NCBI GenBank assembly: GCA_010909165.1
Contig: VJWM01000103.1
Span: forward strand, 248,001 to 312,000
From: Anthoceros angustus
Lineage: Eukaryota; Plantae; Anthocerotophyta
Direction: 5' to 3'
Length of the DNA: 64,000 nucleotides
The position numbers and the translations under genes were made by a program. The notes beneath the pieces were generated by a model. The model was given only the letters and a program-made list of their open reading frames with translations, was not told the DNA's origin and ran no database searches. Below, one piece after another: positions 1 through 11,200 of the stretch; positions within the stretch are counted from its first letter, which is position 1, and every line of letters starts with the position of its first letter.

Positions 1-740
1 TGTCTCTTCTTTGCTGATCCCCACTAAGGACAATCGGTACTTACTCCTTACCCACACAATACTTACAGGTCGAGTGATGAGAGCAACGAGCGTGCAGTTT
101 ATCGTCCGGACGGCTTCCTGCCCGCGGCTGTTGTCGCATTCGGCGATGTGGCGACTTGATGGAGTTTTCGACATGCGCCAGATCAGGATTACTGGAGCAC
201 TTTTTGGACATCTCTCAGATCAGTTGCCAAATTGCCATTTGCCTGGCTTTCCAGGCCGAGCCTCAACAGCTCAAGCTTTACGACGAACCTTCTAAGCCTT
301 GGAAGAACCTCACAATCGAGAAAATGGCGGCCTCTAATAAGTTCTCCCTCGGCACCAGGCCTATTACTGTTCACATATCTTACTGTGCAAGCGTTGCTGC
401 GATGTTGCAACTGGCCGAGTTGTTGTCAGCTTCGTTAGTGTCGATGTCCTGGAGATCACCGCCTTCTGCCTAAAATATCCATGGTGACCTTTCAGGTTCC
501 ATTCCTCAGTCCAACTGCTGCAAGCCTGTGGGTGCATTTGGACATTGATATCGTGGTTCCAACACGGATTGCTTAACAATCCATCTCGATAGCACATCAG
601 TGCAGGCACAGGTGGTTATTAGATGATGCAGAACTTGAGAGTGAGTTTCCTGCAGTACTCTTAGGTGAAGGTGCAGGGGGAGGCCCTGCACAGCTCATGC
701 AGATCTGACCTTCGTAGATTTGGTGTGAGCTGGGGTTCAT

Positions 741-3354
741 ATGACAGAGATGGATGCCAACCTGAGGCTTCGCCCTCCTTTAGTTCGTCTTTCAGTTGTG
801 GTGGTGTCGCTTTGCGTCATCTATGTGTTCGCAGGAGCAGCCTTGCCTGCGGGAGGTCAAGGTGGGGCTCCGGGTCCTTCATCGTGTAAGTACACTGCCA
901 AGCCCCAACTTGTTGGTGTCCCTGTGGATTTTGATACACGCAAGGCAAGGAACCTTGAACAGGACGATATCTAACAGTCTTTCACATCCTAGCAGGTCCT
1001 CTGAGTCTCCAAACCAGTCCATCCCCAGATTGTGGACCACAGATATCGGGGAAGAGCGGACTCGAGAGCTCCAAATGCTGTCTGGAGGCACTCGCCAACT
1101 TCTCTCAGTCTCTGGCAGCTTACTGCAACACCACAGGGACCCTCTTCCTGGAAACCGAACAGGAACAGTCGTGTGCGACGGAAGCCGTTAACAGAGGGCT
1201 GGTTGACAGGAGCACCTGTTCCATCTTCCCCCCTGCATTCACAGCCGACGGCACCGGCAGCAAATGCTACTTCCACACTATCAAGCAATTGCAGGGGGCG
1301 CTCTCTGACGAAGGTTCCGGACCCAGCTTGGCCAGCGTGGACGCAGCTTGCCAGGGTATGTTGGGTGCCGACCCCGATAAGTCTTGCTCCACATGTCACG
1401 ACTCCTTCCTGAGCGCCACCACCTCTCTCCAAAAGTGGGCACAAGACGATTCGGACCAACCTGCTTGTGGGGCTGCCCTGCTGGTGGCCTTCTCAAGCTT
1501 GCACGCCGCGCAGCTGGACAGGATGCAGCCCCTGTATGACTGCATCCACCTCCCCTTCTTGACAGGTACGCCGTTTCCGTTTCCCGGTCCGTCTGATGTA
1601 GCTCTTCACACCATGATTTGGTCATTTTGGACAACAGATGTCTGGTCACTGGCTGTTTCTGATAAAGTGTCCCCTGTGATGTCGCCAAGGAGCTGCAGCG
1701 AAGGGATTGCAGGCGGGCGGTGAAACCATCCATCATGTCCCTCGCGTCGAGTTTGCTACCTTTGTGGTGGTGATTCTCATCATCGTGACCATCATCAGCA
1801 CTGCAGCAGCCGGCATCACGTACTATCGCTATCGGCACCACCGCGGGAAGGAGGTGAAACCACCCAGGAAGCTCACAGCGCAAGGCACAGAGAGTAAGGA
1901 TTCTCCCTGGACAGTGCTCCCGATTAGGCGTGATGCTACCGTAGAGTTTTGTAAGTGTAACACAATCTGAAGTGAGAACCTGCGTGGGCGAGCAGCTGAC
2001 CACGAGGAGTCGGAGAGCATGCGGGACAGTTCAGCAGTTCCCGCGGACAGGGGTGGCCGAGAGATCATCGAGAACGATGGTCTTTACACCTTCTCTGCCA
2101 AGGAACTGCTGAAAGCCACCGAGAATTACAGCGAGAGCAACCTGTTAGGGGAGGGCAGCGCTGGGAGGGTGTTTCGAGGAGTTCTTCCGAGTGGCCAGTT
2201 GGTGGCAGTGAAGATGATCGACAAGGAAAAGCAGCGGGACACCTTCAAGAAGGAAGTGGACAATCTGTCAAAAGTGAGGCACAAGAACCTTTGCACCCTG
2301 CTGGGCCTCTGCCAAGCGGGGGATGAACACCTCCTCGTCTACGAGTACTGCTCTAAAGGAAACCTCTCGGAGCTCCTGTTCGGTAAGCAAACTGTGCAGG
2401 CTCTCCATGGCAGCCTGCTGCATAGCTTGAGCAGATGTGAAGATGGGTTGAGCTTGTGGCAGGTGATGGACCGCCCCTCACCTGGGAGCAGAGGATTCAC
2501 ATCGCTGTGGGCACTGCGAGAGGCATCTGGTTCTTGCACTTGTATCCTGGAGGCTACATTGTGCACAGGGACATCAAGGTCAGGTTTACTGTCGACCAGA
2601 AAACTGGACTTCACAATTGCTTGCTTGAAGCTTCTCTGGCAAGGTTATGAAAGCTGCATGTGAAATCGTCCCCTGCAATATGTGTTGCCTGCAGCCCACC
2701 AACATCCTGCTGAACGAGAACATGGTGCCCAAAGTATCAGACTTCGGATTGTCACGCTTCATAGCCATAGACGAATCCAGCGTCTTCACGGCGGTGAGGG
2801 GCACCACGGGCTACATGGACCCCGAGTACTACAACGGAGGCACCCTCACCTTCGCCAGCGACGTCTACAGCCTGGGGGTTGTGCTCCTGCAGCTCATCTC
2901 GGGCAGGAGACCTATGTACAACTTCGGACTGGAAGGCCAGTATCGCTTCTCCCTCGTCAAGGCGGTGAGTCCTCGCATCATTCCTCTTCCTCTCCTCTCC
3001 CTCTCCCTCTCCCTCTCATGCTTCAATTAGAAATGCAGCGGAGCTGAAATGCGTTGCATCAATTGCTGGTTGCACCTGAAGGGGGCACACGCGCTGGCTG
3101 AAGACAACTTGGACGCTCTGGTGGACCCTAAGCTCAAAGGCGTCTACGCAGTGCAGGCCTACCAGAAAATGCTGGAAACGGCGGTGGCTTGCACCCAGGC
3201 TCACAGCCACGACCGCCCAACCATGAACGAAGTGTTGCAGGCTCTGGAGGAAGCTTGGGAGCTGGCCAAGGAAAGCTCGCCCCTGCGCCCACCACAGCCC
3301 GACACGTCTTCCTTCGTTGTCTCTTCAACTTCAACCCCCATTGATCCGAGGTGA
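741..3354 (+). CDS. SPARK-domain (Cys-rich ectodomain) receptor-like Ser/Thr kinase, multi-exon
   Basis: Exon 1 (741-885) encodes a signal peptide (LSVVVVSLCVIYVFAGA). A GT-AG intron at 886-995 joins SSC|PLSL. Exon 996-1565 encodes CPL...C...CC...C...C...C...C...C...CSTC...C...C, the cysteine spacing of SPARK domains. TM helix FVVVILIIVTIISTAAAGITYY is followed by a basic stretch. Kinase motifs: GEGSAG, VAVK, VHRDIK|PTNILL, DFG, GTTGYMDPEY, SDVYS, RPTM. Stop at 3352-3354. Confidence 0.85.
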
Positions 3355-3553
3355 TACAAGGCCAAACGGGCAAACATAGCTATGCGGAATTCCTGTTTCA
3401 CGTTACCTGCTCACAAAAAGCCGCTGTGGATCTTTCTTGGCTTCAACACTACATTTGCTTCTGTAGCTCAGCATGGATCTGGATATAATTGGATAAACCC
3501 TAGAGGAAGCACTGTAGATTGTGAGCTTGCGTGAATTTGCGGCAATAGCCAGG

Positions 3554-6265
3554 ATGTGTCGCGCTTCCGCGCACCTCCGCTTGCTGGCATGGCTTCTGCT
3601 CGCCGCCGGCAGCCTGCAGGTGTTTCTCGCGACGGGGCTGGTGAATGAGGAGGGAATGGTGCTGCTCTCGTTCCGGCAACAGATTGTGCAGGATCCGCTT
3701 AATGTGCTTAGCAATTGGAGCATCATCGATTCCGATCCTTGTCGGTGGACGGGAGTGGTTTGTAACGAGCATTTCGAGGTCACCAAGATAATACTCAACG
3801 GCATGCAGTTGGGGGGAAGTATCCCTAGCGACATTAGCGCACTGACGCACCTCCTTGTTCTCAATCTGGCTGACAATAATTTCTCGGGCCGGATCCCGGC
3901 GGGGCTGGGAGACCTCTCTGCACTGAAGATTTTGAATCTGCGCGGCAACTCCCTCACGGGAAGGATTCCGGCTCAGCTCCGTCGCCTCAGCCGGTTGGAA
4001 AAGTTGGAATTATCTCACAACACGCTTACGGGGCCATTGCCCGGTGAGAATATGTGGTCCAATTGCAGCGGGCTGCGGCATATCGACTTGTCCGCCAACC
4101 GCCTGGGGGAGGCGATCCCTAGCAGCATCGGCCACCTCAAGCGGGTGGAGGTCTTGCATCTGGGAAACAATCTCCTACTAGGTACTATTCCTGACGAGAT
4201 CGGCGACTGCAGCTACCTGCAGTCGTTTAACGTAAGCAACAACGGGCTGGAAGGAAGGCTTCCAGCAACCATGGCCTCTTTGACAAACTTGGAAGTGTTG
4301 GATGTCAGTGCCAATCGCTTGTCTGGCACTCTGTTGTCAGAAGTTATTTTTCAATCCAGCAGGCTGTATGTCAACCTCTCGCTCAACTTGTTCTCCGGAC
4401 AGCTCCCTTCCATTCCTCATGAGACTTGCTCGGGTATTCGTATTTATGATCTCTCGGCCAACGAAATCAGTGGTGTCATTCCTCCAGATTTTGGTCTGTG
4501 TACTGAAGGGGGAAGTGCTGAGAGGCCCCCGATACAACAAATGTAAGTCTGCAGAGTTTGTTTCTTCATCCCTGCTCCAGGAGTAACTCAGGTGGATGAT
4601 CCTCTTGCAGATTGTTCTTGAAACCCTAGGTCCTGACTTGTGGATAGGTGATCATGCAGTGATTTTTCCAACAACTTCTTGACGGGAAGCTGGCCATCCT
4701 CGGGCACATTTCCTTCCCTACATAGACTGGACCTAAGGCGCAACAATCTCAGTGGTATGCTACCCGAAAACATCTTGCGCTGGGACACGCTGACCATTCT
4801 GGATCTCTCCCAGAATAAGTTCAACGGAAGGATTCCAGACGTATGGAAGAATCTGCCGCACCTGGTATCCTTCAATGTATCCTGCAACGCGCTTTCAGGG
4901 CCTATACCAAGACTAGGGGCTTTCAGCGCATTCGGACCCTTGTCTTTCCTGGAGAACTCGGGGCTCTGTGGTGCTCCAGTCCTGGCCCCGTGTGACATAG
5001 CGGCAGACCCGGCCTCCCCTCCCGTCCCAGCGGAGACAAGAAAGCACATCTCCTACACTGAAACGGCTATGATCGGCGGCTTTTGTATCATCTGTGTTGG
5101 TTTATGTATTATCCTGGTCGGACGACTACCCTGTCGAATCGAAAGAAGGCCGGAGAGAACAGAGCTGCGGGTCTATGCATCAACACCCGCAACACTAGCG
5201 GACACCCACCCTGCAGCTGTGGGGAAGTTGGTCATGTTTGGCAAGCATACCATCCACAACTTTGAAGGTCGCGGGGTACATGGAACCCATCTCGAGAACC
5301 TTGCTTCCAGGCTGGGTGTTATCGGGCACGGTTCTTTAGGAACAGTTTACAAAGCCAGATTTCAGAGAGGCGAGGATCTTGCAGTGAAGGAGCTCTCCAC
5401 CCCACTGACAAGGAGGATGCGGCACGAGTTTGAGAGGGAAATGGAGAGGTTCGGCACTCTGAAGCATCCTAATCTCGTCAAGTTACGGGGCTACTACTGG
5501 TCAGATTGTATGCAGCTTATTGTGTCAGACTACATCTCTAATGGCAGTCTTCACTATCACCTGCACGAAATTGGAGACAGATCGTACCTGACTTGGTCCA
5601 GGAGGTACGACATAGCCCTGAATACTGTCAGAGCCCTTGAATATCTATACCACGGCTGCAATCCTCCCATTTCGCACTGCCGTGTGAAATCCACCAATAT
5701 CCTGCTCAGCGACGACTTTGATCCACTTCTCTCCGACTATGGGCTGACGAAGCTCTTGTCCTCTATGCACCCTCTCCCAATTCGAAGGGTTCCCTCTGCC
5801 CTAGGTTATACTGCTCCTGAGCTAAGTTTCGAGATAATTTTTCTGCCCGAGAAATGTGACGTTTACAGCTTTGGAGTTGTGCTCATGGAGCTTATAACGG
5901 GCCGACCGGTTGTGAAGCAGGAACCGGAGGGGGTGGTTACTGTGTGTGATTACGTGAGATATGCAAAGGAGCAGGGCAGGATTCTGCATTGTGTAGACGG
6001 TGACCTTGTCTTGCGTGAAGATAAAAACGAGATCCTGGGCGCTCTCAAGGTGGCTCTCTTCTGTACGGCACCCCAACCATCGGCCAGACCTAGCTTGGCA
6101 GAAGTTGTGAGGATGCTGGAAGCAATCAGGTCCACTCCAACTCCCGCACCTCAACTATCGAATAGGCCCTCGGCCATGGAAGTGGTTCAATTTTTGGAAG
6201 CAGTCAATCCACATGTAAGTCCTGCATCGTCCCAATCGAGCGGGCTTAGCAGCCTGAGCACCTAA
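3554..6265 (+). CDS. LRR receptor-like kinase, LRR-VII-like (At1g12460/IRK/PXC2-type), probable pseudokinase; 2 exons (3554-4542, 4660-6265)
   Basis: Signal peptide, LRRNT cap (W...DPCRWTGVVC), plant LRRs (LxLxxNxLxGxIP), C-cap (FLENSGLCG), TM helix and GKLVMF juxtamembrane motif. Kinase domain has HCRVKSTN in place of HRD and DYG in place of DFG. The phase-2 intron 4543-4659 joins QQI|DFSNN in frame. Confidence 0.9.
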
Positions 6266-6819
6266 TCAAATTGGGTGGAAGTTGGTCGCTGTGGGAAGGT
6301 AGTGATAGGATCGCATATCTGCAACCACAGCGACGTTGGACTAAACTTTAAAAGCGACGTGGCCAGATATTCTGTGGGCCTGGCCTGGGCCCGGCCCAGG
6401 GCTGTGCAGTGTGGCTGCTGATGTGAGCAGCCTAGCTCGGTCACTATCACCGACCGACGCTCTTTGTGCTTTCTTCTTACCGCCCGTGAAAAAGGCAGGC
6501 TCTCTGAAACTGCTTCATTTCTGTCCGTTGGAGGCTGGAGGCCCGGGCCAACTTGTCCCCGCAATTGCCAAAGCTGTTTCCAGTGTTCTGGCCGTTGCGT
6601 TGCCTCGTCCCACCCCACTCTCTCTGCCGCTCCTCCTGGTTGTATTTCCGTTCCCTTATTATGTACCCTCTTTCAACCATTGGGAGTTAAATTTATGTTA
6701 CAGAATTATTATATATTTAAAGGTATTATGACATCGTGACAATAATGATCATACATACAGTACTTTGACATTGGTCATGGGGAATCTTTCAGTTATCATG
6801 ATATTTAATATGATTATAT

Positions 6820-7019
6820 GGATTAAGAAACGATACTTATAATGGCTAAATGAAACCCAAATTCATCTGCTATAGAAAGTGAACAACAAGGATCTAATAA
6901 AAAATTATTGATACCTGTGGATTAGGAAATGGTACTTATAGTAGCTAACCGACCGAAACCCAAATTCATCTGCAATGGACAATGAGCAACGAGGATCCAA
7001 TAAAGAGCTATTGATAACT
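6820..7019. repeat. Two diverged ~100-bp tandem copies in an AT-rich intergenic patch (possible TE remnant)
   Basis: ggattaagaaacgatacttata...gaaacccaaattcatctgc...ggatctaataaa...attgata at ~6820 recurs as ggattaggaaatggtacttata...gaaacccaaattcatctgc...ggatccaataaa...attgata at ~6919. Confidence 0.7.
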
Positions 7020-8288
7020 ACCAACTGTCTTCTAACGTACAGACAACGATATGTAACCATTTTATTGATTTGGTAGTTATGAAGATCGTGACCATTTTGC
7101 TAGCCGTTGCTGAAGATCGTGCTGTATAATAAATATTACCATACAAGTTTGCTGGCAACCGATATCGTATGCTATTACTACAAAGAACAGGATAACAGTC
7201 CTAAAATGCAAATCGTGTATCTCAAAGCAAGGAAGGACACACAAGTAAGCGACGACAAGCTCAGGATTAAGTTAGAAGTTACGGGATTTTTACGAAATAA
7301 TTTAAAATCTTATCATAACAAACTGGTTTAGTCTTGCATGAAGAGTAGCAACAAAATCCAAACCTCCTTGAGCAAACAAGCTTACACTCGGTGTGTAAGA
7401 GAGTCGTTGTTCCGGCCCGAAATCGGTCGGCCAAACACAAACTCCCCAAGACCTCGGCAGCAGGTAGCGGAGGAGGGTGGGCGTGCAGTGTGCAGTTAAC
7501 TTTATGGGTACAGATATGCATAGGCTGTAGCCATAAACGTCGGCAAAGCACATGTAGCGGAGAAAAAGAAAGGCATTGCCCAGCTCGCTCCAGGCAAACC
7601 GCAGCACATGCTGCACTGTCTGACTGTCAGAAGCGCAAAACCAGGCAGTGGGAGCCTGCAAGCAACCAGTAGTGCCATGCTCTTTGCCCGACGTGCCCAA
7701 CGATCATCTCTCATATCCTGCTCCCGAGTTCTGATTCCTGAATCCTCCTCCTGCTCCATCCCCTTCTTCTCACAAACCTGCTCCGCTCGATTTCCCAGGT
7801 CCGCCTTGCTCGGAGTAGTCAGTCGCTGACCTGGTGCTGCAGTTGCACCGTCTGCTGCTGCTCCTGCTGCGCCCGCTGTTCCTGCTGCTGCCCGTGATCT
7901 CTGCGCGCTCGCAACCCTGGCAGCCACGCTGATCGGCAATGACGGGCTGGGCATGGTGGACGCCTACGGGCATTCGCCCATCTCCAGATCGCCTCACGCG
8001 GTACTCACTCTCCCCTGCTCTTTCTCCACCTCTGCATTCATTGTCCCTGCCGCTGCCGCTGCCGCTGCCTGTCCGTTGTGGAGGTTGCGGGCCTGGGGAT
8101 GGTTTGGTTTTGGAACGGCCGGGCCTGGCCTGGGATCGTGTCTGAATCCGCTGCTGCTCTTCCTGCTGTTGCATGGATCCTGGGTTTCCTCATGCCTCCT
8201 GCATTGCCAGCTGCCTCTGCTCTAGGCCTTGTGGGTGGCAGCAACTGCTAACATCTCCTCCTTCCGACCATGACGCTTCTGGTGCCAG

Positions 8289-11200
8289 ATGATGTCTGAG
8301 GACCAGGGCTTGCGCTCGCCAGCCCACATTGCTAGGCCTCCCATGGGGGCGGAGCCCAGGACTCCCCGCTCCACGTCCGGCGCTGTTCGAGCAAGGTGCG
8401 CGTCTGATCGCTGTTTCTTGGCCTGTGTAATTGCACCTCGCAGTGCAGTGCGGTGCGGAGCGGTGTGGTTTCCTAAACCGGGACATCTCGGTCGGTTGTT
8501 GCAGGGAGTGGAACGGAATGGAGGATCCGGATGGCATGCTGAGCAATGTGGCACACTGCATCGAGCAGCTGCGATCTCACTACCTCAGCCCCCAGGACAA
8601 GGAGCGGGTGTCTAAGCAGTTGCTGGAGCTCGCGGACACCAATGAGGACCACAGGATGGCTGTGGGCACACATGCCCAGGCCATCCCCGCCTTGGTGGCC
8701 TTGCTCAGGTCCGGGAACGTGGCCTCCAAGATCAACGCGGCAGCTACCCTCGGGGTGCTCTGCAAGTCGGAGGATCTCAGGGTGAAGGTTCTGCTCGGAG
8801 GCTGCGTGCCTCTCTTCTTGGCTCTCCTCAAGTCCACCTCGCCGGAAGCCCAGCTGGCTGCTGCGAACGCTATCTTCGCCGTTTCTCAGGTCGGGGTCAG
8901 GGATTATGTGGGAGCCAAGATCTTCGCCACAGAAGGGGTCGTCACCAGTCTCTGGGACCAGCTGCAGCCCAAATTCAAACGTGGGAAGCTGGTTGATGGC
9001 TTGCTCACTGGCGCTCTGAGGAATCTGTGCAATACCACGGAAGGTTTTTGGCCAGCAACTTTAGAGGCCCATGGCTTCGAAGTGTTGGTTGGCCTGCTTA
9101 CCACTGGTAGTCCTCTTGCACAGACCAACGCTTCTTCCCTTATGGCCAGTCTGCTCACTGCCTCAAATGAAGACCAAGTTCGGGACGTGGGATCTGCAGC
9201 TATCGAGCCACTCCTTAAGCTCGTTACGCCCGGCAACGAGATCTCAGTTCGAGCTGAGGCAGCTGGGGCCCTCAAGGCTCTTTCGTCCACGCTTGCTGAG
9301 GCCAAGCAGATGATCTCTCAAGCTGGCGGGGTTTCTATTCTCATAAGTGCCACCGTAGCTCCCTCCAAAGAATTTATGCAAGGAGAGTTCGCCCAAGCAT
9401 TGCAGGAAAATGCTATGGGTGCGCTTGCCAACATTTTGGGTGGTATGCCTGCCGTCATTCTCAGCCTTGGCAGGAGCATCCAGTCTAGCAGGTCAAAGGC
9501 AGAGGTTGCTGATATGATAGGGGCACTTGCTAATGCGCTCATGGTCCTGGATGGCCGGATCGAGTCTTCCTCACCTGTCAATGCTCTTCTCATCGAGCAA
9601 GCCTTGGTCAGGCAACTGCAACCTTACACCATGGAGCTCAAGCAGGAACGTGCTATCGAGGCTCTAGCCAGCCTGTATGGTAATGTTTTCCTTGCCCAGG
9701 AGCTGCAGCATGCTGAAGCTAAGAAGATGCTCGTAGGGTTGATCACGATGGCAAACGAGGCTCAGGAGGAGCTTATGAAGTCTCTCACCACCATCTGCAG
9801 TGGGCAGTCTGATTTGTGGGAGGCCTTGAAAGGGCGTGAAGGGGTTCAGCTATTGATATCGTTGTTGGGTCTCTCATCTGAACAACAGCAAGAATATGCA
9901 GCGGCTTTGCTTTCCATTCTATCGCAGGAGGTGGACGAGAGCAAGTGGGCCATCACTGCAGCTGGTGGCATCCCTCCTCTCGTGCAACTCTTGGAGACTG
10001 GCTCAGCAAAAGCCAAAGAAGACTCAGCTATTGTGCTTGGGAACCTATGTAGCCACAATGAGGATATTCGTGCATGTGTAGAAACAGCGGAAGCAGTGCC
10101 AGCTCTTCTGTGGCTCTTGAAGAATGCTGGTTTAAAAGGGCAGGAAATTGCCGCGAAAGCTTTGACTCAGTTGGTGCGGGACTCAGATGCAAGCACAGTG
10201 AGCCAGTTGACTGCCCTGCTTACTGGGGACTTGCCGGAGTCCAAAGTGAATGTCTTACACGTGGTTGGATACCTGTTAAATGTGTCTGCACAGGAGGAGA
10301 TTGCCCGCGAGGGTGCTGCAGAGAATGAAGCTCTGCAGACAGTGACACAGCTACTCAGTAGCCCCAATCATGAGTCCAAGGCTGGAGCTGCATCTGTTCT
10401 TGCTGCTCTATTTGATGCAAAGCAAGAACTGCGGGAAAGCATAGCGGTGATTCAGTGCATTGAGCCTCTTACTGATGCACTGTTGTCAGGAACTGAAGAG
10501 AGTGCCACCGAAGCCGCACGTGCCCTGGCTGCTCTTTTCCGTTCCATTCTTCAAAACAAGAAGGTTGCAGGTCCTGCCAGGAATGCTATTCTCCCTTTGA
10601 TCTCACTGGCAAGGTCAAGCAGTGCCTCTGCTGCAGAAGTTGCATGCATGGCTATGGCAAACCTGCTGCTGGACCCTGATATTGCTGAAGAAGCCCCTGC
10701 AGAAGAAATTATAGGACCTTTAACGAGAGTGCTGCGGGAAGGCTCACAGGAAGGCAAAGAGCATGCAGGAGGAGCTCTTGCTTGCCTGCTGCGGACTCGG
10801 CCTGTTGATGATGCCTTAGCTGAAGGAATTCACCAATCTGGCACGGTGCTTGCACTGGTGGCTTTACTGGAGTCTGCAAATCTAAGTGAAGCCTCTTCGC
10901 TGGAACCCTTGAATGCGCTGGCCTCACTGGCCCGAGCCAAGAGAGGAGGGGCATTCAGCCGTCCCCCTTGGACTGTGCTTGCTGAAGTCCCGTACAGCAT
11001 GTCTCCACTGGTGACATGCTTGGGGGAAGGGTTACCCCCTCTTCAAGACAAAGCCATAGAAGTCTTGGCTAGACTTTGTCGTGATCAGCCAGAATTTCTA
11101 GGTAACTTGATTGCCAGTAAATCAGACTGTGTTGCTGCTTTGGCAGAGCGAGTGATGAGGTCAACCAGCGGTGAGGTAAAAGTTGGTGGAACACAGTTGC

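Noticed and set aside
69-159. Possible terminal exon of an upstream gene (SSDESNERAVYRPDGFLPAAVVAFGDVAT*) after an acceptor-like ttacag
   Set aside because: Too short, and no family motif recognised; the rest would lie outside the window.
7502-8244. ORFs upstream of CSI1
   Set aside because: Derived from (CTG/CCG)-rich 5' UTR or promoter sequence; no recognisable domain.
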